Shown here: piece after piece, positions 39,735 through 50,045 of the stretch | Layout: every line of letters starts with the position of its first letter | Numbering within the stretch: position 1 is the first letter of the stretch | Source of the DNA: Alphaproteobacteria bacterium | GTDB taxonomy: Bacteria > Pseudomonadota > Alphaproteobacteria > SP197 | Reading direction: 5' to 3' | Assembly (NCBI GenBank): GCA_964291265.2 | Contig: OZ219747.1 | Location: 448,001 to 512,000, forward strand | DNA length: 64,000 nt | Notes under the pieces: generated by a model | The model's input: only the letters and a program-made list of their open reading frames with translations | Told to the model about the DNA's origin: nothing | Database searches by the model: none | Made by a program: the position numbers and the translations under genes

Positions 39735-41684
39735 CCGAAGTTCCGGACGATTTCAGCGGCAGAGTCACGATAACCGGTTGATTGTGTTGGCAAAATAGCG
39801 CGATGACGGCGCGAGAATGTTCCCATGTAACGGCGAAGTTTTCCCTTGACACGGTGGGCTTACGCCCCCATATACGTTGCCATGTACGTAGACATCGTCC
39901 CCAACCGTAACTCACCCCCCGCCGTCCTCCTGCGAGAGGGATGGCGCGAGAACGGCAAGGTCAAGAAGCGCACCATCGCCAATCTCTCCTCCTGGCCCAT
40001 GGAAAAGGTCGAGACCCTGCGGCGGTTCTTGAAGAACGAACCCCTCGTCGGTCGTGACGACGCCTTCGACATCGTCCGCTCCCTACCCCATGGGCATGTC
40101 GCCGCAGTGCTGGGAACCCTGAAGAAGCTGGGACTGGACAGGCTGATCGACCCGAAGCCCTCGCCTGAGCGCGATCAGGTCCTGGCCATGATCGTGGCAC
40201 GCATCCTCGAGCCCGCCTCGAAGCTGGCCACGGCCAGGGGGCTGGCCGAGGCCACGGCGGTCAGCACCCTGGGCGAGGTCCTCGATGCGGAGATGGACGA
40301 GGACGCCCTCTACGGCGCCATGGACTGGCTCCTGGAGCGTCAGGAGAGGATCGAGCGGTCCCTGGCGAAGCGGCACCTCGAAGAGGGCTGCCTGGTGCTC
40401 TATGACCTGACCTCGGTATGGATGGAGGGGAGAGCGTGTCCCCTGGCAAGGAGGGGTCATTCCCGGGATGGCAAGAAGGGCAAGCTGCAGATCGAGTTCG
40501 GCCTTCTGTGCGATCGGGACGGCTGTCCAGTGTCGGTGGAAGTGTTCCCCGGCAACACGGCGGACCCCGGGACGGTGGCATCACAGATCACCACGCTGCA
40601 GGAGCGCTTCTCCCTGGCGAAGGTGGTGCTGGTGGGAGACCGGGGGATGCTGACCGAGGCGCGCATACGCGAGGAGGTGAAGCCTGCGGGCCTGGACTGG
40701 ATCAGCGCCTTGAGGGGACCGGCCATCCGCGCCCTTGTGGAGGCCGGCGACGTCGAGATGTCGCTCTTCGACGAGAGGGACCTGGTGGAGATCACCAGCG
40801 ATGCGTATCCCGGCGAACGCCTCATGGTCTGCCGCAACCCCCTGCTGGCCGAGGACCGGGCCCGCAAGCGCCAGGAACTGCTCGAGGCCACCGAGGCCCT
40901 GCTTGAACCGATCGCCGCAGCGACACGGCGCGACAAGCGCCGTCTCAAGGGTGCCGACAAGATCGGGGAGCGGGTCGGCAAGGTCATCGGTAAATACAAG
41001 ATGGCGAAGCACTTCACGTGGTCCATCGACGACGAGGGTGTCTTCACCTATGGGCGCGATGAGGTTGCCATCGCCGCCGAGGCCAGGCTCGACGGCCTCT
41101 ACGTGATCCGCACCAGCCTGCCGCAGAGCGAGCTCGACGGTCCCGGCACAGTGCGCGCCTACAAGCGGTTGAGTTCGGTGGAACGGGCCTTCCGCAGCCT
41201 GAAGACCGTGGATCTGAAGGTCCGTCCCGTCTACCACCGCACCGAACCCCGGGTCCGCGCCCATGTCTTCCTGTGCATGCTCGCCTACTACGTGGAATGG
41301 CACATGCGCCAGAAACTGAAGCCCATGCTGTTCGACGACGAGGATGCCGAAGGCGCCGAGGCCCGGCGGCCGTCCGTCGTGGCGCCGGCAGAAGTCTCGG
41401 CGAGCGCCCGGGCCAAGGCGGCAACGAAGAGGACGCCCGGGGGTGATCCGGTGCACAGTTTCCGCACCCTCCTCGATGATCTCGCGACCATCACCCGCAA
41501 CACCGTGGCGCCCCGCCTTGCGGGCGCCAAACCCTTCCAGGTCACCACGCGGCCCACGCCGCTCCGGAAAAAGGCCCTGGACTACCTCGGCATACGCCTG
41601 CAGCATTCCCAGTAGCGACACACCCGATTTTTTCAAACGTCAATACATTCATAACGATACGTCTGATCGGTTCTGGAACTTCGG
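39735..41684 (+). mobile_element. IS1634-family element, intact copy, 1950 bp
   Basis: TIRs CCGAAGTTCC/GGAACTTCGG. attaga at 39729-39734 and 41685-41690. Confidence 0.93.
39882..41615 (+). CDS. IS1634-family transposase, 577 aa
   Basis: LYDLTS, GHSRDGK, VGDRGML, YKRLSSVERAFRSLK and RVRAHVFLCMLAYY. Confidence 0.93.
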   Translation: MYVDIVPNRNSPPAVLLREGWRENGKVKKRTIANLSSWPMEKVETLRRFLKNEPLVGRDDAFDIVRSLPHGHVAAVLGTLKKLGLDRLIDPKPSPERDQVLAMIVARILEPASKLATARGLAEATAVSTLGEVLDAEMDEDALYGAMDWLLERQERIERSLAKRHLEEGCLVLYDLTSVWMEGRACPLARRGHSRDGKKGKLQIEFGLLCDRDGCPVSVEVFPGNTADPGTVASQITTLQERFSLAKVVLVGDRGMLTEARIREEVKPAGLDWISALRGPAIRALVEAGDVEMSLFDERDLVEITSDAYPGERLMVCRNPLLAEDRARKRQELLEATEALLEPIAAATRRDKRRLKGADKIGERVGKVIGKYKMAKHFTWSIDDEGVFTYGRDEVAIAAEARLDGLYVIRTSLPQSELDGPGTVRAYKRLSSVERAFRSLKTVDLKVRPVYHRTEPRVRAHVFLCMLAYYVEWHMRQKLKPMLFDDEDAEGAEARRPSVVAPAEVSASARAKAATKRTPGGDPVHSFRTLLDDLATITRNTVAPRLAGAKPFQVTTRPTPLRKKALDYLGIRLQHSQ

Positions 41685-42089
41685 ATTAGACGGACCGCGG
41701 CTTTCAAGCGGGATTACAGGCGCGAGAAGAAGGGCCGCTTCGCCAAGACCGTCGATGGCGAACTCGCGCATATCGTGGCCGGGCTGGCGGAGGACCGGCC
41801 GCTCCCGCCGCGCCATCGCGACCACGCGCTTGGCAGGCAATGGAAGGACCACCGGGACTGTCACGTCCGCCCCGACCTGATTCTGATCTACCGCCAGCCC
41901 GACTCCGAACATCTCGATCTCGTGCGCCTCGCCTCGCACAATCAACTCGGCCTCTGACCGGCCGCGCTCTCCGGGCCCCCTCGATCCCCACCGTCCAGTA
42001 GTCCGCGGACGTTCCGGTCCACAACCGCGGCACTTCCCCAGGACCAGTCGTGCATAACGGCCGTCCGCCGCCTTGCCGCAACCTGCGCG

Positions 42090-42340
42090 CCGTCTTCCCC
42101 CCGCATCGAGGACCGCCGCCTCGACGAGGCCGAAGACCTGAAGAAGTGCTTCGCCTTCGACGCCATCACCGCGTTCCGCGTCTCACGACCTCTCCCTCCT
42201 GGCCCGCGAGAGGCCGGACGGCCCGGTCGGATGGCATGTCACGAGGGAGGACATCACGGTGCTCTGCGCTCTCGCCGCCCATCACCGCCGGACATGACCA
42301 TCGCGCGCTTAGCCCCTGCCCGGAACACAGAAGCTCTGGG
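42090..42340 (+). pseudogene. IS4 (IS50-like) transposase fragment
   Basis: Reads RIEDRRLDEAEDLKKCFAFDAITAFRV and is frameshifted. Confidence 0.55.
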
Positions 42341-42473
42341 AAGGCATCAGGTTCCTGTCTCAGGCCGTCATCGACATTCAGGCCATGCCGGATTGGCACG
42401 GGACCCAATCACAAGGAGAAGAAGACACCGACTCTAAGTGCGTTAGATTGATAGGTCCGGCCCGTCACATCCC

Positions 42474-42758
42474 TCACACGCCAGCCGGCTCCAGACCCAC
42501 GGTCAGCCGCGTGCCCGTCGCTTCGGCGTAGCGGCGCAATGTCGCGAAGGACGGCGACACCCGGCCACCCTCCAGCCGTGCGACAGCCGACTGCGTCGTG
42601 CCGAGCCGTCGCGCAAGCTCCGCCTGCGTCAACTTCGCCGCCGTGCGGGCGCGCACCAGCGCCTCAATCAGCGCGAACTCGTCGTCGGCCTGCGCATACT
42701 CGACCCGGAACTCCGGGTCCTCCATGAAGCGCTCCTTCAGTTCCTTCAGTTTCGTCAT
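42474..42758 (-). CDS. XRE-family HTH antitoxin (HigA-like)
   Basis: LTQAELARRLGTTQSAVARLEGG.VSPS. Overlaps the upstream toxin stop. Confidence 0.88.
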   Translation of the reverse strand: MTKLKELKERFMEDPEFRVEYAQADDEFALIEALVRARTAAKLTQAELARRLGTTQSAVARLEGGRVSPSFATLRRYAEATGTRLTVGLEPAGV

Positions 42759-43087
42759 CGCGTAACCTGCCTCATCCGCTCCCTTGCCATCACCAACGCA
42801 CGGCGCGGCGTTTTGCGAGACTTCGTCACAAATACGTGCAGCACCACCACCCGCCGTCCGGTCGCGGTCACGTAGATTCCCCGCGCGATTCCCTCCTCGG
42901 CTCTGACCCGCAGCTCCCAGAGCTTGCCCTCAAGATGCTTGACGTGCGGGGCGCGAAGCGCGTCCAGTCCGACATTCTCCACCGCTTCCAGCAACCGGAC
43001 CAGCCGGGCGCGCAACGCCACCGGCAGGCCCTCGATTTCGGCGTCGACGGCCGACACGGTTTCGACCGTCCATCCCATTCCTGTCAT
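42755..43087 (-). CDS. RelE/ParE (HigB/Gp49-like) toxin
   Basis: PHVKHLEGKLWELRV and VVVLHVFVTKSRKTP. Toxin-first gene order. Confidence 0.88.
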   Translation of the reverse strand: MTGMGWTVETVSAVDAEIEGLPVALRARLVRLLEAVENVGLDALRAPHVKHLEGKLWELRVRAEEGIARGIYVTATGRRVVVLHVFVTKSRKTPRRALVMARERMRQVTR

Positions 43088-43299
43088 ATAGCGTATCCGC
43101 TATAAACCTTCAAGCTCCATCCCCCGGCGCCGACGCTGACCCAGGGTGCGCACGCCGGAGAGGCTTCGCTGCCGGGCGGGTCGGGGAATGGGTTCTTCTG
43201 CCGGGTCTCGACCGATGCACGGAGGTCAAGACCCTCAAGGAGGAAGGACTGGGCAGTCGAGGACTTCACGGAATCCTAAGGCGCCACTTCATGGGACGG

Positions 43300-43650
43300 C
43301 GGGGACCACCTCGACACAGGTCCGGCTGGCCGAGAGGAAGGTCGTCCTGACCAGGGGCCGCGAGGTTAAGCCAGATCCGCCGCCTCCTGGACAATGGCCG
43401 CCAGGTGCCGCTCATCATCACCCATCCCGCAGATGGCGATGGAAGAGATCGCCTCAGGGTCCTGTTCTCGCGCTGGGTTCAGGAGCAATTCTTCAGGGAC
43501 ATGCGCGACGCCTGCAACCCGGACGCCCTGCCGGAGCATGGTTTCGAGACGCTCGATGACGACACTCTCGCGGTCATTCCGGCGCATTGAGGACCGTGCG
43601 CGCCTCGATCAGCTGCATGTGCGGATCGCCAGGGCCACCGCAAGGACATG
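43300..43650 (+). pseudogene. Decayed paralog of the large transposase at 10613-12795
   Basis: QVRLAERKVVL, IRRLLDNGRQVPLI and LFSRWVQEQFFRDMR in shifting frames. Confidence 0.75.
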
Positions 43651-43729
43651 ACACTATGGACGATTCATGGTTCAAGCTCTCAGGCATCCGCCAAGGTCGA
43701 ACAGGCCGGAGCAGCGAGAGATTCATATC

Positions 43730-43766
43730 TTGACAAGGAAGAAGGTGATTTTATATTTATAGAATT
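43730..43766 (+). promoter_or_regulatory. Sigma70-like promoter and probable ArsR operator
   Basis: TTGACA at 43730, TATATT at 43752 and an AT-rich stretch up to the ATG. Confidence 0.6.
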
Positions 43767-44093
43767 ATGGAAACGTCACGTGCCATCGAGCTCCTGCGGG
43801 CCCTGGCCCACGACACCAGGCTTGCCGCCTGGCGGTTTCTCGTGAGGGCGGGTCCGGAGGAGACGCCGGCGGGGATCATTGCCCGCCATCTCGGCATGGC
43901 GCCGCCGGTCCTGTCATTCCATCTTTCCTGTCTCGCCCGTTGCGGCCTCGTCGTGTCACGGCGTCAAGGGCGCCATGTGATGTATGCCGCCGACCTCGAC
44001 GTCATGAAGGACCTCACCGACTTCCTCGTCGAGGACTGTTGCCGGGGTTTCGGTGCGGGACCGGATCCCACGATCATCGCCAGGGAGTTCTGA
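43767..44093 (+). CDS. arsR: ArsR/SmtB-family regulator
   Basis: ALAHDTRL, LSFHL and C-terminal FLVEDCC. Confidence 0.85.
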   Translation: METSRAIELLRALAHDTRLAAWRFLVRAGPEETPAGIIARHLGMAPPVLSFHLSCLARCGLVVSRRQGRHVMYAADLDVMKDLTDFLVEDCCRGFGAGPDPTIIAREF

Positions 44094-44096
44094 GCC

Positions 44097-44561
44097 ATGA
44101 AGCGCGTCCATGTCAGTGTCAACGTCGACAATCTCGAGGAAGCCGTCCGCTACTACGCGGCGCTCTTCGGGGCCGAACCCGATGTCCTCAAGGAGGACTA
44201 TGCCAGGTTCCGTCTCGACGAGCCCTCGATCAACTTTTCCATGACGTCAAGGGGACGCAAGACCGGTCTCGATCACCTGGGAATCGATGTCGACAGCGAA
44301 GAGGAACTCGTCGAGGTGACCGGGAGACTCGAGGCCGCCGGCCAGGCGGCAAGCGAGATCTCCGACGGCGTGTGCTGCTATGCCCAGTCCCGGAAATCGT
44401 GGTCGGTCGATCCTGCCGGCGTTCCCTGGGAGACCTTCCATACACGTGCCGGCGCCACGGTCTATGGCACGGACCGGATCGATGACGGCGCCATCGCCGC
44501 CTCGGCAAGAGAGGACGGTCGCACGATCACGTCCGCGGCGCGCGAAGCGTGCTGCGCTTGA
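44097..44561 (+). CDS. ArsI/CadI-family VOC metalloenzyme
   Basis: KRVHVSVNV, GLDHLGI, CCYAQS.KSW..DP.G.PWETF and terminal CC. Confidence 0.85.
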   Translation: MKRVHVSVNVDNLEEAVRYYAALFGAEPDVLKEDYARFRLDEPSINFSMTSRGRKTGLDHLGIDVDSEEELVEVTGRLEAAGQAASEISDGVCCYAQSRKSWSVDPAGVPWETFHTRAGATVYGTDRIDDGAIAASAREDGRTITSAAREACCA

Positions 44562-44785
44562 GTTGGTGGTCGCGGACGTCGCGCCATGACGGCTGCGGAG
44601 ACTGACCCGGCAGTTTCCGGCGCCGCGCTTCGAGGGTGCGCGGCCGCGCCAACGACGCGGCCGTCGCTGGGAACAACCGTCCGGTTCCTCGAGAGACCTG
44701 ACCTGTGCGAGGAAGGAGATTGTCCTTGCGTTTGGCCGGTCGTGCTGCTTGTTTCGTGGTCGTGCCATCCAGCAAGGAGGCTCTG

Positions 44786-46285
44786 ATGCCTGACCTGCTT
44801 CACCATCATGTCGGCGGCCGGCGGGTCGCCGGAAACCCGGATCGTTGTGGTGACGTGACCAACCCGGCAACCGGAGAGATCATTCACCGGGTGCCGTTTG
44901 CCTTGAGCAGCGAGGTCGATGACGCAGTCGCCGCGGCGTCCCGGGCACAGCCCGCCTGGGAAGCGGTGACGCCACAGAATCGCGCCCGCGTGATGTTCCG
45001 GTTCAAGGCGCTCGTCGAGGACCATGTGGACGAACTCGCGGAACTCGTGTCGCGCGAGCACGGCAAGACACTGGCAGATGCGAAGGGTTCGGTGAGCCGC
45101 GGCCTGGAAGTGGTCGAGTACGCCTGCGGTATCGCCCAGCTGCTCAAGGGCGAGTACTCCGGCAGTGTCGGCACCGGTGTCGACAGCTGGTCCATGCGCG
45201 CACCGCTCGGCGTCGTTGCCGGCATCACGCCCTTCAACTTCCCTGCCATGGTGCCGATGTGGATGTTCCCCATGGCCATCGCCTGCGGCAACACCTTCGT
45301 TCTCAAGCCCTCGGAAAAGGTCCCGTCCTGCGCCCTGCGCCTCGTCGAGCTCCTGGAGGAGGCGGGCGCGCCGGAAGGTGTTCTCAATGTCGTCAACGGT
45401 GACCGCGAGGCGGTGGAAGCGCTTCTTGCCTCACCGACGGTACAGGCCGTCAGCTTCGTCGGCTCCACCCCCGTCGCCGAGCACGTCTATCGCACCGGCA
45501 CGGCGTGCGGCAAGCGCGTCCAGGCACTCGGCGGCGCCAAGAACCACATGGTGGTGATGCCGGACGCCGACCTTGAGCAGGCGACCGATGCCCTGATGGG
45601 CGCCGCCTTCGGCTCGGCCGGAGAGCGCTGCATGGCGGTTTCGGTCGCCGTGGCCGTGGGCGACAGGGTCGGCGATGCCCTGATCGAGCGCCTGAAACCG
45701 CGGGTCGAGTCCCTGAGGATCGGCCCCTATACCGACAGCGAAGCGGACATGGGCCCCCTCGTGACGCGGGCGCACCATGCCCGGGTCAGCGGCTACATCG
45801 ACTGCGGCGTCGAGGAAGGCGCCGATCTCGTCCTCGATGGACGCGGGTTCAGCCTGCAGGGATACGAGAACGGTCATTTCATCGGCGGATCGATCTTCGA
45901 TCACGTGACATCCGCCATGCGCATCTACAGGGAGGAAATCTTCGGTCCGGTCCTCTGCGTCGTGCGCTCGGAGGGCTACGAGGACGCACTGCGTCTCGTC
46001 AACGACCACGAGTTCGGCAACGGAACTGCGATCTTTACCCGCGACGGCGATGCGGCACGCGACTTTGTCCAGCGTTCGCGCATCGGCATGGTCGGCGTGA
46101 ACGTCCCCATACCGGTCCCCGTTGCCTATCACAGTTTCGGCGGCTGGAAACGTTCGCTGTTCGGTGATCACCACATGCACGGACCGGAGGGGGTCCGCTT
46201 CTACACCCGCCTCAAGACGGTGACGGAACGCTGGCCTTCGGGCCTCCGCAGGGGCGCCGAGTTCGTCATGCCGGTCCTCCACTAG
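44786..46285 (+). CDS. mmsA: CoA-acylating methylmalonate-semialdehyde dehydrogenase
   Basis: ITPFNFPAMVP, GGAKNH, AGERCMA, EEIFGP and VGVNVPIPVP. Confidence 0.93.
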   Translation: MPDLLHHHVGGRRVAGNPDRCGDVTNPATGEIIHRVPFALSSEVDDAVAAASRAQPAWEAVTPQNRARVMFRFKALVEDHVDELAELVSREHGKTLADAKGSVSRGLEVVEYACGIAQLLKGEYSGSVGTGVDSWSMRAPLGVVAGITPFNFPAMVPMWMFPMAIACGNTFVLKPSEKVPSCALRLVELLEEAGAPEGVLNVVNGDREAVEALLASPTVQAVSFVGSTPVAEHVYRTGTACGKRVQALGGAKNHMVVMPDADLEQATDALMGAAFGSAGERCMAVSVAVAVGDRVGDALIERLKPRVESLRIGPYTDSEADMGPLVTRAHHARVSGYIDCGVEEGADLVLDGRGFSLQGYENGHFIGGSIFDHVTSAMRIYREEIFGPVLCVVRSEGYEDALRLVNDHEFGNGTAIFTRDGDAARDFVQRSRIGMVGVNVPIPVPVAYHSFGGWKRSLFGDHHMHGPEGVRFYTRLKTVTERWPSGLRRGAEFVMPVLH

Positions 46286-46289
46286 ACCG

Positions 46290-46691
46290 ATGGCGCTGAG
46301 GACCTCGGCGAGGCGGATGGTCGAGGAGGCCACCGCCGGCATCGAGAGCGTTCCCGTCGAGGAGGCCCTTCTTTTCGTCGACGATCCGACCGTGCAGTTT
46401 GTCGATATCCGCGACGTGCGCGAACTCGACCGTGAGGGCATGATCCCGGGGGCCTGCCACGCTCCGCGCGGCATGCTGGAGTTCTGGGTCGACCCGGAGA
46501 GTCCCTACCACCGGGATGTCTTCTCCAGCGGCCGGAAGTTCATCCTCTACTGCGCCGCCGCCGCCCGCTCCGCACTGGCGACCAAGACCCTGCAGGACAT
46601 GGGATTCGGACCCGTTGCCCAGCTCACCGGTGGATTCGCCGCCTGGAAGGCGGCGGGCGGAGACGTGGTGAAGCGCCCCCGCAGGCCCTGA
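46290..46691 (+). CDS. Rhodanese-like protein
   Basis: VDIRDVRE, PRGMLEFWVDP, LYCA...RSALA and GGFAAWK. Confidence 0.88.
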   Translation: MALRTSARRMVEEATAGIESVPVEEALLFVDDPTVQFVDIRDVRELDREGMIPGACHAPRGMLEFWVDPESPYHRDVFSSGRKFILYCAAAARSALATKTLQDMGFGPVAQLTGGFAAWKAAGGDVVKRPRRP

Positions 46692-46740
46692 AGAAGCGGG
46701 CGGAGCGGCGCCGTGGCGGCGCCCGCTCGCCCGGAAAACG

Positions 46741-48393
46741 TCAGGCGCGCAGTTCCTGGGCCATGCGGGTGCCGTCGGGCGCATGGGTCTCATCGGGCGC
46801 CGTCACCGCCCCGGGGTCCTCGTGCAGCGACTTCACCACGCCGAAGGCCATCAGCAGCATGATCACGCTGACCGGCAGGGCGGCGGCGATCGATGCCGTC
46901 TGCAGGGCCGCCAGGCCGCCGGCAAGCAGCAGCACGGCTGCCACGAAACCCTCGCCAAGGCCCCAGACGATGCGGAAACGCTGGGGCGGACTGTCCGAGC
47001 CCATGCTCAGCATGGTGGTGATGACCAGCGTTCCCGAATCCGACGAGGTGATGAACCACGTCGCCAGGAGGAACGTCGCCAGTGCGGCCATGATCCAGTT
47101 GAGCCAGTGGACCGCGGTCACCTGTTCGATGGTGCCGTAGAGCGCCGAGGGCAGGTCCCAGCCCCGCACCAGGTCCGCGATTCCGGCGGTGCCCACGCCA
47201 CCTGCGGCGTTGAGTTCCATGTGCATCGCCGTTCCGCCGAAGATGCACAGCCAGAAGAAGGCCAGGGTCGTCGGCACGAACATCACGCCGACCATGAACT
47301 CCCGGATCGTGCGGCCACGGCTGATGCGGGCGATGAACATGCCGACAAACGGCGCCCAGGAGATCCACCAGCCCCAGTAGAAGATCGTCCAGCCGCTCTG
47401 CCAGGCGGCATTGGCTTCGTCGTTGAAGGTCTGGAAGCCCATGGGAATGACATTCCACAGGTAGTCGCCGGTAGTGCTGACGAAGAATCCCAGAAGCCAC
47501 TTCGTGGGGCCGCCGAAGAGGAAGAAGGCGAGAAGAACGACACTGAGCCAGATGTTCCACTCCGAAATGATGCGGATGCCCTTGCCGACCCCGGAGACCG
47601 CCGAAAGCGTGGCGACGATCGAGATGGCGACGATGAGAATGATCTGCGTGACGATTCCCGGATCGACCCCGAACAGGTGGTTGAGGCCGGCCGCCATCTG
47701 ACTGACGCCAAGACCCAGTGACGTGGCGACGCCGAACACGGTGCCGAACACCGCCAGCAGGTCGACGGCATGTCCGATGGGGCCATAGATGCGATCGCCG
47801 ATCACCGGGTAGAGCGCCGAGCGCAACGTCAGCGGCAGTTTCTTGCGAAAACCGAAGTAGGCGAGGCACAGTCCGACGATCACGTACCCTGCCCAGCCAT
47901 GGAAGCCCCAGTGGAAATAGGTGACCCGCATGGCGGCGGCGGCCCGCTGTTCGTTCATGGCGGCCAGTCCCGCCTGGTCGGCAAAGGGGTTGTTGGGATA
48001 GCCCCACGGTTCGGTGTTGTCGAAATAGAACATCGGCTCAGCGATGCCGAAGAACAGGAGTCCGATGCCGACGCCTGCCGAGAACAGCATGGCCAGCCAC
48101 GAGAAGTTGGAGAACTCCGGCCGGGAGTCGTCGTCACCAAGCCTGATCACACCGAAGCGGCTGAACATCAGGTAAAAACAGACAAACAGCATGATCACCA
48201 GCGCCGTGATGTAGTACCAGTTGAGCGCGTACTCGATCCAGCCACGCACCGCCTGGTAGACACCGTTGGCGAAATCGACGTTGATGGCCGTGAAGACGAC
48301 GAAGACCACCACCATCACCTTCGCCGCGATACCCATGCCCGAGTGCAGTCCCTTGAACGGACCACTGCGGGCCACCTGACCTGACCGTGTCAT
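46741..48393 (-). CDS. BCCT-family (betaine/carnitine/choline) transporter
   Basis: SWLAMLFSAGVGIG, FHWGFHGW and WTIFYWGWWISWAPFVGMFIARISRGRT. Confidence 0.93.
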   Translation of the reverse strand: MTRSGQVARSGPFKGLHSGMGIAAKVMVVVFVVFTAINVDFANGVYQAVRGWIEYALNWYYITALVIMLFVCFYLMFSRFGVIRLGDDDSRPEFSNFSWLAMLFSAGVGIGLLFFGIAEPMFYFDNTEPWGYPNNPFADQAGLAAMNEQRAAAAMRVTYFHWGFHGWAGYVIVGLCLAYFGFRKKLPLTLRSALYPVIGDRIYGPIGHAVDLLAVFGTVFGVATSLGLGVSQMAAGLNHLFGVDPGIVTQIILIVAISIVATLSAVSGVGKGIRIISEWNIWLSVVLLAFFLFGGPTKWLLGFFVSTTGDYLWNVIPMGFQTFNDEANAAWQSGWTIFYWGWWISWAPFVGMFIARISRGRTIREFMVGVMFVPTTLAFFWLCIFGGTAMHMELNAAGGVGTAGIADLVRGWDLPSALYGTIEQVTAVHWLNWIMAALATFLLATWFITSSDSGTLVITTMLSMGSDSPPQRFRIVWGLGEGFVAAVLLLAGGLAALQTASIAAALPVSVIMLLMAFGVVKSLHEDPGAVTAPDETHAPDGTRMAQELRA

Positions 48394-48492
48394 CGTGCAA
48401 TTCTCCTGAAGCCTCTGCATGGCACGGATTCGAGACCGTGCCTCGTCATTCAATCACAGAACTCCCCATGAATCACGGCCTGCCGGGAACAC

Positions 48493-48957
48493 TCAGACGT
48501 GATCGTTGCGTCCGGCAAACATGCAGATGATCCCGGCAGCGATCATGGCGGCCCCCGCGACCTGCAGGAACCCGAGCCGTTCCTGGAAAACGAGCACCGA
48601 TACGACGAGCGTGATGACAACGGTCCCGGTCACCACGGTCGGGATCACCACGCTCGCCGGCAAGGTGTCCGAGCCGCCGAAGATGGCAAGGTAGCCGATC
48701 TCGGCGATGCCGATGCACAGCCCGGCGCCAAGGGCCCAGAGATAGCTTGGCAGGGAGAGGCGGAAGGTGTGTCCGCCCTGGATGCCGAGAACCGCAACGA
48801 AGGCCGCGGAGGTGAGCAATGCGCCGGTCTGCAGGCAGATGGCGGCCAGCACGGTCGTGGTGGCTTCGGCCGGTACGTGATCCCCCGAAACCTTGATGAG
48901 CAGGTTGTAGCCCACGTAAGCCAGCGTCACGATCGCCAGCAGCACCATCATCGACAT
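48493..48957 (-). CDS. EamA/DMT-like small membrane protein
   Basis: Five hydrophobic segments and LVFQERL...QVAG. Confidence 0.7.
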   Translation of the reverse strand: MSMMVLLAIVTLAYVGYNLLIKVSGDHVPAEATTTVLAAICLQTGALLTSAAFVAVLGIQGGHTFRLSLPSYLWALGAGLCIGIAEIGYLAIFGGSDTLPASVVIPTVVTGTVVITLVVSVLVFQERLGFLQVAGAAMIAAGIICMFAGRNDHV

Positions 48958-48989
48958 GACCCATTCCCCGAAGCCCTCCGGGAAGTCTG

Positions 48990-49270
48990 GACCCAGGAGC
49001 AGAAAAGACGGCAGTGTCTCACTTTGACTTCCTCAGCCCTCCAGCTGTGCCGGGCTCGGGACCAGGCTTGTTCGATACCGGTTCCCGCGCGTCGATCAGG
49101 TCTACCATCCACTCCATATCGTGAAGCGAGTGGGTGACCCCTGCGGCCATCGCTGGTGTCACGGCGGCGTGTCGTGTGCACTCGCACGATGATGTAGCGG
49201 ACCAAGTAGAGAGACAGCGCGTGAAGGTGGTTCTCGATCTTCTTGGAGAACGCACCATTTTCACCAATTA
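48990..49270 (-). pseudogene. C-terminal fragment of an IS1-like transposase
   Basis: YIIVRVHTT..., VTPAMAAGVTHSLHDMEWMVDLID, frameshifted. Confidence 0.55.
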
Positions 49271-49465
49271 TGGTCGAGAAGGTTCTCTTTGCAAGTCCGG
49301 CTCATCGGCCGTCTGTGGTGCGCAGGTGTCCACGAGAGGCGGAAAAGTTCCACTGTAAATCGGCCACGGCGAGATAGAGAATTCAAGGATCACCAACTCT
49401 CGCTCCGCTTCTGCCCACTTTGCCGCATGTGTCTTGTGTTGGGTTCGTTGAGCATCGCCGACATC

Positions 49466-49635
49466 CTATCTGGGAGAGCGGGCCGCACCGCCCCTGCGAC
49501 CGCCCTTAGCATGGTTCGGCATCTTCAGTGGTTCCTTGGTGTCTTCGGTTTCGCCTGTAACGATCTTTGCGACATGGACTGCATACCCCACCACGTCAGC
49601 CGGACTCTTCTCGCCCCGTAGCCCTTTAGGCACAC
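49466..49635 (-). pseudogene. Truncated small basic protein of the type found beside such transposases
   Basis: PKGLRGEKSPADVVGYAVHVAKIVTGETED...KGGRRGGAAR followed by a premature stop. Confidence 0.5.
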
Positions 49636-49899
49636 TTCGGGTACCTGTGCTACCGATCACGACTTCTCTCCTCTTGATGGCTAGACAGGCTGACCCACTC
49701 TACTTGGCAATGGGTCCGATTGTCTACAAGTAGCAATGCCCCAGAGTTTGCCCAAGCTGGTGCCGGGGGACCTGTGCCATTGTCCCCGTTTCGTTAAGCC
49801 TCACAGTGATCCTTGAACGGCAACCTTGATCGATCGTTGATGACGAAAGATGGGCAGCACGGCAGGAAATCAAACTGGCGTAACAGGACGGTATAGACT

Positions 49900-50045
49900 C
49901 GGGACAACCTCCACGATTGCGCGTCCTCGACAGTGGAACAGTCGATCTGGTCTATCTCGATCCCCCTTCAACTCGGACAAGACCTGCAAACGCGCCATGG
50001 GCTCCAAGGTAGCAGGCGCCTCGTTCAAGGACGCATGGACGCGGG
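49900..50045 (+). pseudogene. Fragment of an N6/N4 DNA methyltransferase
   Basis: One frame reads TVDLVYLDPPFNS-like, followed by ..FKDAW. No full ORF. Confidence 0.55.

Larger units (their letters stand above)
39329..41957 (+). pseudogene. yafQ: YafQ-family toxin interrupted after codon 5 by a MITE plus IS1634
   Basis: Joining 39329-39343 to 41691-41957 gives MRTIRRTAAFKRDYRREKKG...RDHALGRQWKDHRDCHVRPDLILIY...LVRLASHNQLGL. Confidence 0.92.

Noticed and set aside
4776-41684. Large inversion or composite element between the inverted IS1634 copies
   Set aside because: Each locus keeps matching flanking hexamers on both sides (gctagt; attaga), and yafQ is collinear across its insertion.
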